This document shows positions 26,436-36,201 of a DNA stretch of 64,000 bases, one piece after another (positions within the stretch are counted from its first letter, which is position 1; each line of letters opens with the position of its first letter). Made by a program: the position numbers and the translations under genes. Location: the NCBI GenBank assembly GCA_963815195.1, contig CAWFGE010000022.1, positions 96,001 through 160,000 on the forward strand, given 5' to 3'. This stretch comes from an uncultured Planctomycetaceae bacterium. GTDB taxonomy: Bacteria > Planctomycetota > Planctomycetia > Planctomycetales > Planctomycetaceae. Below the pieces are notes generated by a model. That model did no database searches, was not told where the DNA came from, and was given only the letters and a program-made list of their open reading frames with translations.

Positions 26436-28205
26436 ATGAGTGAATCCATTCGCACATTAACGTTTGTCGGCGTGGCCGTGGCTTCGATCGCGGTCGCATG
26501 GATCGTCCACGCCAGTTTGCAGCCGGACGAACCGGAAGCTTTCGCGAAGGTCGGAATCGAGTTCTATCCCGATTTCACCGATCCCACCAAGGCCGGGTCG
26601 CTCAAGATCGCCGACTTCGACGAGAAGTCCGCCAAGGTCCACGAGTTCACGGTGGAGTTCAAAAACGGGCGATGGCGGATTCCCTCGCATTACGGCTACC
26701 CCGCCGATGCCAAAGACCGCCTGGAAAAAGCCGCAGCCTCCCTGATCGGCATCACCCGCAAATCGCTCGCGGGCCGCCGGGCCAATTCGCACGAGCGATT
26801 CGGCGTCATGGATCCGCTCGGCAAAGACGCCACGAAAGGCGACGGCCTGGGGCAGCGGATCCTCATCAAAGACAGGAAAGGCAATGTGCTCGCCGACTAC
26901 ATCCTGGGCAAACGCGTCGCCGGCCAGGACAACCTGTACTTCGTGCGAAAGCCCGACGAAGACGAGACCTACCGCGCCGAGATCGACCTCAACGTCTCCA
27001 CGAAGTTCGCCGACTGGGTCGAGCAGGACCTGCTGAAACTGGATCGGAACGACCTCCTCAGCATGGAAGTCAAAACGCCGAGGTTCGAAACGGAGCAAAC
27101 GCTCTTCGGCGTCAACAAGGTCCTGACCGGGGAAGATTCCATCAAGGTCTCTCGCGACGAAACCGGTCCCGGCACGAAATGGAAATTTGACGGGCTGAAT
27201 CCCGAGACCGAAGAGATCAACACCTCCGGAATCAGCAGCATCGAGACCGCTCTCGACGGGCTGGAACTCAAAGGCGTCCGCCAAAAACCGCAGGGCTTGA
27301 CCCCCGATTTGACACTGGACCTGGACGCATTTCCCAAAGACCAGAACCCGCAGCAGCACTTCAACACCGTGCAGTTGGATTTGAGTTCGCGGGGCTTCAT
27401 GTTGGGCGGCGTCAAAAGCCCGGACTCGGAAGAACAGCGGTTCCTCCTCTTCGGCGAGGGCGGCGAAATGGTCGCCCAAAGCGATGAAGGGCTGGTTTAT
27501 CACCTGCACTTCGGCAAGGCCTTCAGCGGCACGGATGCAGAGATCGAAGTCGGCAAGACCGGGGTCGCCGACGAGGAAGGCAAAGCCGTCGCGGAAACGC
27601 CCAAGGACGCCGAGGCCGACAAATCCAAGTCGAGTCTCAACCGGTATTTGTTCATCCGCGTGGGCTTCGACGAAAGCCTGCTCGGCAAACCGCCCGTCAA
27701 GCCCGAAGAGCCGAAAAGGCCCGAGGGCCTCGGCGAAGAATCCGGCGCCGCGAAGACCGCCGGCAATCAGGACGAGAAATCCAAAGAAGACGGGGAACAG
27801 GCCAAGCTGCAGGCGGAATATAAAACGAAGATGGCGATCTACCGGGCCGACCTCAGCCGCTATGAAAAGGACCAGGAAGAATACGACAAGAAAGTCAAAG
27901 AGGGGAAAGCCAAGGAAGCGGAACTCAACGACCGCTTCGGCGACTGGTATTACGTCGTCACAAACTCCAGCTACGACAACCTGATGTTCAAGCGGGAGGA
28001 CGTGGTGAAGGAGAAATCCAAAGACGGCGGCACAACATCACCGGAAGCCCCGCCGTTCGGCAATTTGCCCGGAGGCAACCCCTTCATCCCCGGTCCGCCG
28101 ATGAGCAAAGAACCAAACGGGGAAGAACCGAAACCGGCCGTCGCCGACAAACCCGCCGCCCCCGCGAAAGCCGCCAAACCGGAGACGGCCCCGGAGCCGA
28201 AATAG
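26436..28205 (+). CDS. DUF4340 domain protein (partner of Gld-like ABC module)
   Basis: N-terminal TM; WRIPSHYGYPADA, YILGK, YFVRKPDE, LN.RFGDWYYVV; gene order after GldG-like gene. Confidence 0.8.
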   Translation: MSESIRTLTFVGVAVASIAVAWIVHASLQPDEPEAFAKVGIEFYPDFTDPTKAGSLKIADFDEKSAKVHEFTVEFKNGRWRIPSHYGYPADAKDRLEKAAASLIGITRKSLAGRRANSHERFGVMDPLGKDATKGDGLGQRILIKDRKGNVLADYILGKRVAGQDNLYFVRKPDEDETYRAEIDLNVSTKFADWVEQDLLKLDRNDLLSMEVKTPRFETEQTLFGVNKVLTGEDSIKVSRDETGPGTKWKFDGLNPETEEINTSGISSIETALDGLELKGVRQKPQGLTPDLTLDLDAFPKDQNPQQHFNTVQLDLSSRGFMLGGVKSPDSEEQRFLLFGEGGEMVAQSDEGLVYHLHFGKAFSGTDAEIEVGKTGVADEEGKAVAETPKDAEADKSKSSLNRYLFIRVGFDESLLGKPPVKPEEPKRPEGLGEESGAAKTAGNQDEKSKEDGEQAKLQAEYKTKMAIYRADLSRYEKDQEEYDKKVKEGKAKEAELNDRFGDWYYVVTNSSYDNLMFKREDVVKEKSKDGGTTSPEAPPFGNLPGGNPFIPGPPMSKEPNGEEPKPAVADKPAAPAKAAKPETAPEPK

Positions 28206-28226
28206 ATCGGCGTTGAGCTTACGGCA

Positions 28227-28416
28227 AGAGCCGCGAACGAAGTAAGCGGGCCGTGTTGGGTTCGCTGTTCCGCTTACTGCGTGCGCGGCTCTCTTCACCC
28301 TCGTGTTCCGCTTACTGCGTGCGCGGCTCTCTTCACCCTCGTGTTCCGCTTACTGCGTCGCGGCTCTCTTCACCCTCGTGTTCCGCTTACTGCGTGCGCG
28401 GCTCTCTTCACCCTCG
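28227..28416. repeat. Family-3 REP doublet with right arm amplified into four tandem 38-bp units
   Basis: Left arm 28227-28249; unit TGTTCCGCTTACTGCGTGCGCGGCTCTCTTCACCCTCG at 28266, 28304, 28342 (37 bp), 28379. Confidence 0.93.
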
Positions 28417-28428
28417 GTTGTTCGCGGC

Positions 28429-29073
28429 TCACCCCTCTTTGGACTCGGCCGCGTGTTGGCGGATCATCACCGAAGCCCGGTGCAGGTAAATCCCGCCGCT
28501 GTAAACGGTGATGGCGACCGCAGCCCAGAACAGGCCGTCCCGCACGCCGACCACCCAGGCGAATGCCTCGCGAAACTCCAAGCTGAGCGACAGCAGACTC
28601 GCGACGACGGCCGCGCACTGGAGCACCATCTTGAGCTTGCCGCTCATCGTGGCGGAGAAATCCATCCCGTGCTGCTCCAAGAACCCGCGGAGGCTGGTGA
28701 CGAACATCTCCCGCCCGATGACGATAATCACCATCCAGGCGTTGACGCCGGAATCCGCTTTGCCGAGCAAAAACACGAACGACCCGCAAATGATGATCTT
28801 GTCGGCAAACGGATCGATAATCCGGCCGAGCGTGGTGACGAGGCCGTATTTGCGGGCGATGTAGCCGTCGAGAAAATCCGTCCCCGCCGCGACCAAAAAC
28901 ACGGCCGCCGCGGTCCGCCAATAGCCGTCGTAATCGATCAGCCAAAACAGCAAGACCGCCAAAACCAGCCGGCTGATGGTGATCAAATTCGGGACGTTGA
29001 GCGCGCCACGCGTCAGCGGAGCCAGGCGTTTCGCGGTCTTTTGGGGGTTCCGTTCCGCGTCGGTGATCGACAT
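28429..29073 (-). CDS. pgsA: CDP-diacylglycerol--glycerol-3-phosphate 3-phosphatidyltransferase
   Basis: NVPNLITISR, TDFLDGYIARKYG..T.LGRIIDPFADK, RE..VTSLR, GKLKM. Confidence 0.93.
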   Translation of the reverse strand: MSITDAERNPQKTAKRLAPLTRGALNVPNLITISRLVLAVLLFWLIDYDGYWRTAAAVFLVAAGTDFLDGYIARKYGLVTTLGRIIDPFADKIIICGSFVFLLGKADSGVNAWMVIIVIGREMFVTSLRGFLEQHGMDFSATMSGKLKMVLQCAAVVASLLSLSLEFREAFAWVVGVRDGLFWAAVAITVYSGGIYLHRASVMIRQHAAESKEG

Positions 29074-29085
29074 GACTGTGCTCCT

Positions 29086-30503
29086 TTACGTTTCCTCATC
29101 GATCACGGCTTCGCCGATCCAATCGTAGCCGTCCCGCGCCACGATCTCGACCGGCACAAACTGGCCGAGTTCCAAGCCCTCGCCGGAGACCACGATGTTC
29201 CCATCGATCTCCGGGGCATCCGCATATGTCCGCCCCAGCCATAATCCCTCGTCCAACTCTTCGTCCAGGAGGGCGTCGAGTTCGTAACCCACGAGCGAAT
29301 CGCCGAACTCGAAGGCAATCTCCTGCTGGATCGCCATCAGCTCGTCCCGCCGCGTCGTTTTTGACCTCCTCGGGCAAGTGGCCGTCGAGTTTGACCGCCG
29401 GCGTACCGGGTTCCAGGGAATAGGTAAATACGCCCATCCGCTCGAAGCTGCGCTTCCTGGACGAAGCCTTTGAGCTCGGCGAATTGCTCCTCGGTCTCGC
29501 CGGGGAAGCCGACGATGAAGGTCGTCCGCATCACGAGGTTCGGAATCCGTTCGCGCAGCTTGCCCACAAGCTTTACCGTCTGGGCCCGATTGACCCGCCG
29601 CTGCATGCGTTTGAGCATCTGGTCGTTGATGTGCTGCAGCGGCATGTCGAGGTAGGGGATGATTTTTGAGGAGCCGGCGATGGTGTCGATGAGCGCGTCG
29701 GTGAAGTGGATCGGATAGAGATACATCAGCCGAATCCAATCGAGGCCTTCGACCTCTTCCAGTTCTTGGAGCAGTTCCGCGAGCCGGACTTCGCCGTACA
29801 GATCGAGGCCGTAGTAGGTGGTGTCCTGGGCGACGAGGTTAAGTTCCCTGACGCCGTCTGCGGCGAGTTCGCGGGCCTCGGCGATCACCATTTCCATCGG
29901 CTTGGTGACGTGCTTGCCGCGCATTTTGGGGATCGCGCAGAACGTGCAAGTGCGGTCGCAACCTTCGGAGATTTTGAGGTACGCGAAATGCCGGGGCGTG
30001 ATCCGGAGGCGGGCGGTGTCGTCCAGGGCTTTGATCGGGGCGGGGCGGAACAGTTCCCGTTGCTCTCTTGCGCCGCCGATGAGGTGGTCCGCCACGCGGT
30101 TGATCTCATCCCGCCCGAACACGCCGACGATGTGGTCGATTTCCGGCAGTTCATCCAAGAGCCCGCTGCCGAGCCGCTCCGGCAGACAGCCCGCCACGAT
30201 CACGCCTTTGGTCTTCCCGGCTCTCTTCAAGTCGAGCATCTCGCGGATCACGGCTTTGGATTCCTGCCGGGAGCTTTCGATAAACCCGCAGGTGTTCACA
30301 ATCACAAAATCCGCCCCCTCGGGCTCGGAAACCAGCGTATAGCCATCGAGCGCGAGCGTCCCTAGCATTTTTTCGCTGTCCACGAGATTCTTGGGACAGC
30401 CTAGGCTTATAAAGGCATAAGACCCCCGTGCTAATTCAGAACTGGGTTCGTCTTGCCCCATTGGTTGCGAAGCGGGCGGTTCGATAATTGGGAGTTGGTT
30501 CAT
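29086..30503 (-). CDS. rimO: Ribosomal protein S12 methylthiotransferase; frameshifts near 29448 and 29360
   Basis: [57 protein letters not shown]; upstream of pgsA. Confidence 0.93.
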
Positions 30504-30522
30504 GAAATGATTCAATTCAGGT

Positions 30523-30771
30523 TTAGCTTTGCTTGTGTGCCGAATCCGACGGCTCAATCGATTCAACAAGAATTAAGGATAATTCCTGTTCGCGCTCTTT
30601 TGATTCCTCATCATCATCGCTCATCCAGGTGAAGACTGTGAAGGTCTTGCGTCCAACCTGGATCATTTCGGGGTGTCGGATGTCATAAGATTTCCCGCTG
30701 GCCATGTTGATTCGAAAAGGACGAAATGGTTCTGCACTGACGTAGTTCACAATTCTCTTCATGGTCATCAT
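30523..30771 (-). CDS. Small conserved-looking hypothetical protein ([19 protein letters not shown] type)
   Basis: 82-aa ORF with AGGAG SD upstream; motif resembles small planctomycete hypotheticals (recalled, not searched). Confidence 0.75.
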   Translation of the reverse strand: MMTMKRIVNYVSAEPFRPFRINMASGKSYDIRHPEMIQVGRKTFTVFTWMSDDDEESKEREQELSLILVESIEPSDSAHKQS

Positions 30772-30806
30772 TGCGAGATTCTCCTGCTGAGAATGCTAGA
30801 GCGAAA

Positions 30807-30860
30807 CTACGTGACAAAATAGCGAAGTTTGAGCCGAACAAGTAGATCAGACTGCTCCAT
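30807..30860 (-). pseudogene. Truncated remnant (MEQSDLLVRLKLRYFVT*) resembling the N-terminus of a nucleotidyltransferase-like protein
   Basis: ATG overlaps end of upstream ORF, preceded by GGAGG; stops after 17 codons; family resemblance from memory only. Confidence 0.4.
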
Positions 30861-31080
30861 GTGACATCCTCCTGGCGACTTCTTTCCGGATTTGTTCTTC
30901 CGACCAGGAGGGATGTTGATTCTTCACCGATCGGCTCACCAATTGATATCCGAATCGCCACATGCGGTGCGCTATCGCCAGCCGCTCGGCTCCCGACTTT
31001 TGACGAAGCATGTCGGCCATTTCGTCTGTCATCGACTCCCACCTCGGGCGGCGGGGCGTATTGTTTTGTGTTGATTGCAT
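30847..31080 (-). CDS. Small helical hypothetical protein (antitoxin-like, MADMLRQKSGAERL..HPSWSEEQIRKEVARRMSHG)
   Basis: ORF in lower-GC patch downstream of promoter repeat; start codon uncertain (31032-31104). Confidence 0.7.
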   Translation of the reverse strand: MQSTQNNTPRRPRWESMTDEMADMLRQKSGAERLAIAHRMWRFGYQLVSRSVKNQHPSWSEEQIRKEVARRMSHGAV

Positions 31081-31142
31081 TCTCGGAAGTTCCCGAAATC
31101 TCATTATCCATTCACCAAGCCAGTGACGACCTGCTTCACTCC

Positions 31143-31212
31143 TCAATTGTAGCGAGCCGGCAGCGGGGCGGCAAAGTCCTGGGAAATCCGGCATCAAAGC
31201 GAATGTCAAAAA
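31143..31212 (-). promoter_or_regulatory. Sigma70-like promoter in 70-bp direct repeat, copy 1
   Basis: Minus strand TTGCCG (31174-31169)-N17-TACAAT (31151-31146); repeated at 33164-33233. Confidence 0.7.
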
Positions 31213-31217
31213 CCGCA

Positions 31218-33100
31218 TCAGGCGGATTGATTTTGCTCGCTCTTGCGACGGTCGCCTTTGAAAAGAGCGATCGTCGGAGTTTGCAGCTCGCTTTCCCGGA
31301 TGCGGCGCTGAAAAACCGATAGGATGTCGCTCCGAGTAATAATGCCCACGAGTCGATGCGGATGCTCTCGGCTGACGACGGGAAGCCTCCCAATCGAGTG
31401 GTTCACCATGTGGTCGGCGGCTTGGCGAACGGTGGAATCGTCGTACACATAACGCACCGGGCCCCGGAGTGCATCCGAAATGGTCTGGTCGCTCGAGAGA
31501 GCCGAATCACTGAGGTCGCGGCGTGTGACCAGCCCGACCAGCGTTCCATTCGGATCAAGCACCGGAAATCCTTGGTGGGTCGTGGAGGCGTTCTCCGTCA
31601 GCCAGTCTCGAACTTGCCCGATGGGATCGTCCCGTTGAACCGTGACGACGTTTGATGAGGCGGCTTCTCGGACCAAGACTTGATCGAGCGAATCGGCAAA
31701 ATACTCTTCCGGGGTTCTCACACCTCGCCTGGCAATTTTCTCCGTCATGATTGAGGTGCGCATCACGATGGACGAAACCAGATAGGCCGCGGCACATCCG
31801 CCGAGTAAAGGCAACAGGCCAAATGGCTGCAGCGTCGTCTCAAAAGCGAAAACCGCAGACGCCAACATCGCGCGCAACGCGCCCGAAAAGAGGGCGGCCA
31901 TTCCGACCAGTCCGGCGATTCGCGCGTCAACGCCCAAGCCGGGCGCGATTTGAGAAACGGCCAAGCCCATCGCGGCCCCCAAACCGCCGCCGATGGTAAA
32001 CAGCGGCGCGAGAGTTCCCCCGGATGTCCCGCTTCCCAGCGAAACCGACCACGAAATAAACTTCATCGAACACAAGAACAAAATGGCTGAGATGGTGAGC
32101 CGATTGGACAATATGTTGCTGATGTTGTAGTAACCGACGCCCAAGGTGTCCGGGGCCAGGTATCCGACGACGCCGACGACCACGGCCCCCAATGCCGGCC
32201 ACCACATCCAATGGATCGGAAGTTTTTCAAAGCCGTCTTCAATGGCATAGACGACCTTCGTGACGACGACCGAAATCAATCCCATCACTCCGCCAAGGCA
32301 AATATAAGTGGCCAAGGCGGTCCCCGTTGGCTGCTGAAGATTCGTCATGGCGAAGACGGGTTCCATGCCTTCAAACATCATCCGAATTCCGGTCGCGGTC
32401 GAGGCGGCGAGCGCGACGGGAATAATGGAACGCGGGCGGAACTCGAACAGCAACAACTCAATCGCCAGAAGGACGGCCGAAACCGGGCTTCCGAATGTCG
32501 CCGCCATCCCGGCAGCCGCCCCGGCCGCCAGCAGAGTTCGCCGCTCGCCAACGGTCGTCCGAATCGACTGGCCGAACACCGACCCCAAAGCCCCGCCCGT
32601 CGCAATGATGGGCCCTTCCGCGCCAAACGGTCCGCCCGTTCCGATGGAAAGCGCCGATGAAACGGGCTTCAAGAAGGTCACCCGGGCCGGGATCCGGCTC
32701 TCGTTCGTCAGGATTTGCTCCATCGCTTCGGGAATCCCGTGTCCGCGGATGGCGCTGGAACCGAACCGAGCCATCAGACCGACCACAATCGCGCCCAGGA
32801 TGGGAATCGGGATCGACCACAACCCCAGGCGTGGAATCGCGTCGGCCGGCACCGAACCGCCAATGACAGTTCACCGAAATAAGCGAGATTCGTGATGACG
32901 GCAATCAATGCCAACAGGACTTGAGCCACAAAAGCCGCGGCGACTCCCAAAAAGATCGTCAAAACGCAAATCAGCAAGACGCGCCGATCGATGAGGGAAT
33001 AATGGGGCGGAACCTGGGCTGCCTCGGCCACCAAATCCAGCGAAGGTGATACCGTCAATCCATCCGATGTGGCGGACTTCGCGGGTTCCCGCTCCGTCAT
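31218..33100 (-). CDS. CLC-family chloride channel/antiporter with tandem CBS domains; frameshift near 32858
   Basis: GHGIPEA, GAEGP, GTSGGTLAPLF motifs; HQGFPV and GRLPVV..GIITRSD CBS pair. Confidence 0.9.
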
Positions 33101-33163
33101 CTCGACTCCGATAAAAAAATTGTGTCGGCGGGGCAATTGGGAACCACCGTTTTCCTCACCCGG

Positions 33164-33233
33164 TCAATTGTAGCGAGCCCGCACCGGGGCGGCAAAGTGC
33201 TTGGAATCGGGGTTCAGGCGGGAATGTCAAAAA
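33164..33233 (-). promoter_or_regulatory. Sigma70-like promoter in 70-bp direct repeat, copy 2 (upstream of CLC)
   Basis: Minus strand TTGCCG (33195-33190)-N17-TACAAT (33172-33167). Confidence 0.7.
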
Positions 33234-33303
33234 GCCCGCCGGGGAAGAAGCGAATCTTCCCACGCGGGCGTCGGACGGTGATTGGTTTTAGAGACTGCTC
33301 GAA

Positions 33304-34260
33304 TTAGAACTCCCCCAAGACTTCGCCGCCCGCGCGGCTGCCCAGGGCGTGCCAGGTGGGGAGGTTGATGTTCTCGCCGACGAAGCGGACGCTGCCGTCG
33401 CATAGCAGCACCTGAACGCCGCCCGTGTGTTGGCTGCGGGCGGCGGTGAGGGCGTAGTTGTGGTAGGCGTTTCCGCAATCGGGAAGGCGGGAATTGGGGC
33501 TGTAGTAATGGTTGTAAAGCGCATCGCCGTAGTGCCCGTTGATCCATTTCGCCCCGCGCACGCCCGGTCCAATTTCCTCCGCCGGAGGCCGCCGCCGCAC
33601 AGGCGCTGGGCGTCGTGGCCGAGCCGCCGCTGAGTTCGTAAACCTCTTTTTGGGGATCGATTCCGATCGCCGGGTTGGCTCCGCTGCCGAGCAAAGTTTC
33701 GCTGAAGCAGACGGTGTTCGAGGTGCCGTCGGTGATGTCGCGGAAACGGATCGACGAGGCGGAAAAGAAAATCCCGTCCGCATCGACCATCGTGCCGTTG
33801 TTGACCTGGCCGCTTCCCGTGGACGCCACATAGTTCGTGGGGCCGTAGGTGTTTCCCGGGATTTGATCCGAGTCGCTGGGGCAGAGGTAAATCTTCAAGG
33901 ACAATTTCGCGGCGGCCTGATCGGTTCCCGATCCGAACGCCAAGGGCGGCACGCTGAAGTTGATGAGCTTCTGAAGGGCCGCCTGATCCATGTACGGAAG
34001 CAGATGAGCCTGGGGCGAGAAGACCATCGGAAAGTTGAGCCGGGCCGGGGGAACACGCGCAGGCTGGATTCGTAATTGTGCATGGCCAGCCCGATTTGTT
34101 TGAGGTTGTTTTTGCACTGGAGCCGGCGGGCGGCTTCGCGGGCTTGCTGGACGGCGGGCAATAACAGGGCGATCAAAATCGCGATGATGGCGATGACCAC
34201 CAAGAGTTCAATCAATGTGAAACCGCGCGCACGCCCAGCGCACGTGAATGCAAACATCAT
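33304..34260 (-). CDS. DUF1559 protein (prepilin-type N-terminus, H-X9-DG C-terminus); frameshifts near 34048 and 33563
   Basis: [79 protein letters not shown]. Confidence 0.92.
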
Positions 34261-34380
34261 GGGGGAAACTCCAAGGCTTGTGATTCCGAATAAGCGCAGG
34301 GCCGCTCGGAGCGGAACGCGTCCGCCGGCCGCGCATCAAGAGGCACTTACGCGGCGGGCGTTTTTGGAGGAGGAGTTTCC
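34261..34380 (-). promoter_or_regulatory. Putative SD-sequestering mRNA hairpin between Cys-rich leader and DUF1559 gene
   Basis: mRNA GGAAACUCC (34380-34372, PETP codons) is the exact complement of GGAGUUUCC (34272-34264, contains SD); nested inner stems. Confidence 0.55.
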
Positions 34381-34986
34381 GGGAGGCGGGACGGATTGGA
34401 AAACCGCCGGCCGGTTTCGCTGAGCGATGTCGGCCAAACGTGCCCGCTTCGCAGTTGAGCCGTCTCGGCGATCAAACGCGGATCGGCATTTAAGGCCGTT
34501 TGGCTTTGCGGCCCGCCGTCACATCCGCACGCCTTCACGCGGAGCAGGACGGAACGAGAGCGTTCGTGGGAGTTCGAAAGACTTCCGGCAACAAGAGCCG
34601 CCCGCCTTGCATGCGGACGGCACGCAGTTCGTGCGGACGATGGCGTCGGATGGCTGGGTCCGTTGGGTCACGCAGCAGCTTTTGACGTGGCTTTTCTTCG
34701 AGCAGCACGAGGACGGGGAACCCTTCTTGCAGCCGCTTTTCGGAGCGTCTTCTTCCCCAAGAGCAAGCTCCCGATGGCAGCAACACTGGCCGGCGGCTTT
34801 TCGCTCTTCGCTGCATCGGCAACCGGCGGGGGTCGGGTTTCCTCCCATCGGCAAGCCGACCGTGGCGCAGAGATAGGCCGCCAACGTTGCCAGGCTGCAC
34901 AGGCAACGCCTGGAGGGAAACCAGGAAGACCATCGGGAAGAAAACACGGTTCGCCGCTCAACGATTGGAACAGGGCTTTCCCTCAT
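34347..34986 (-). CDS. Cys-rich putative leader protein ending LPETPPPKTPAA (CutF/DUF2946-like architecture); probable frameshift near 34540-34585
   Basis: Hydrophobic segment, CRC, CCC, CC x3, then CGC and C-terminal PPP in the adjacent frame. Confidence 0.6.
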
Positions 34987-35052
34987 GCTATCGCAAGATG
35001 GGAAGGCAAACAAACCAGCGGCGGCTTTTGACGGTTTTGCCGGTAAAAAAGA

Positions 35053-36201
35053 TTACGAAGGCACCGCGAGCCTGCTGCTCATCAGAAACAGCAGATAAGC
35101 CACGCCGGCAATCGCTGCCCAGGAACGCGTCACCGGACGGTAGCGTTCCTGCTCGGCTTCGGCGGGAGGTTCGACGGTCGGAATGTCATCGATCAAGTAC
35201 GCGCCGTCGGCGGCCAGATATTGCACGCGGGATTTCCACAACAAGCAGCCCAACAACACGACGCACACCGCGGCCGCGACCGCCATCAGCGGGGGAACCC
35301 GGCTCGCCAAATCCTCGGGCGTTCCCTGGTCTTTGAGCGCGGCCAGATGTTTGAGGACCAAGACCGGCAAGGCGTTGTGCAAAAAGTGCAATAGCATCGG
35401 GGCCAGAATCGTCCGCGTGGCCAGGTACGAGACGTGGCACATCACGCCCACAAAAAACACGCCCACGGCCTGCACGGGATTCCCATGCACCGCCGAGAAC
35501 AACAGCGACGTCCACAACACGCCCGCGACAAGCCCTTGCCGGGCGATGAGGCCTCGCCCGATCACGCCGCGAAACACCAACTCCTCGCCGAGCGCGGGCG
35601 CCAGGGCCAGAATGACCAATAACATCACCGTGGAGGTCTCGTCGGTCACGCCGCCGAGCACCGTCGGCAGATCGCCTTGCCAAGGCGACGTTCCAAACAG
35701 CGTTTTCCAGACGTCGATCAACATTTGGACCAAAAAACTGTCCATCACCGTCAAGGGCAGGATGAGCAACGTAATCAGTCCCACATGGCGAAACGTCGGG
35801 ACTCGGAACGGAATCACCCGCGTCAACCGTTTCCGGAACACGAGCCAGGCGATCGTGAAAACCGCGAGCAGAAACACGCCCTGGTCAAAGGCGAGCAGCT
35901 GAAACATCTCGCCCGATTGGAGTTGCTCAAGCACCGAAACGCCGGCTTTTGGGCCTTTTCCCGCGAACAACTCGCGGTGAGAGAACATCAGGTACGCGAA
36001 GTAAATCGACGAGGAAATCAGGTGAATCAGCACCACGCCCAGGACAATCAGCACGGCCATGCCCAAGCCCGGTCCGGGCAAGCGAGGCCCAGCGTCCGCT
36101 GGCGGGTTTTCCACGGGCACAGGCGGGCCGGACGAATCCCGCGGCTCGCTGGAATCTGCGGAAAGGGTTTCAGCGGAAAAATCGGACATGGCAGCCGCCA
36201 T
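35053..36201 (-). CDS. CPBP (CAAX/Abi) family intramembrane glutamic endopeptidase
   Basis: EELVFRG, FSAVH, HFLHN motifs; multiple TM helices. Confidence 0.9.
   Translation of the reverse strand: MAAAMSDFSAETLSADSSEPRDSSGPPVPVENPPADAGPRLPGPGLGMAVLIVLGVVLIHLISSSIYFAYLMFSHRELFAGKGPKAGVSVLEQLQSGEMFQLLAFDQGVFLLAVFTIAWLVFRKRLTRVIPFRVPTFRHVGLITLLILPLTVMDSFLVQMLIDVWKTLFGTSPWQGDLPTVLGGVTDETSTVMLLVILALAPALGEELVFRGVIGRGLIARQGLVAGVLWTSLLFSAVHGNPVQAVGVFFVGVMCHVSYLATRTILAPMLLHFLHNALPVLVLKHLAALKDQGTPEDLASRVPPLMAVAAAVCVVLLGCLLWKSRVQYLAADGAYLIDDIPTVEPPAEAEQERYRPVTRSWAAIAGVAYLLFLMSSRLAVPS

Noticed and set aside
28266..28416. CRISPR array
   Set aside because: Units are head-to-tail identical with no unique spacers, the unit matches a REP arm at 14234, and no cas genes are present
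33101..33303. Fluoride riboswitch upstream of the CLC gene
   Set aside because: No GGCGATGG..CGCC-type core seen and the protein lacks fluoride-CLC signatures
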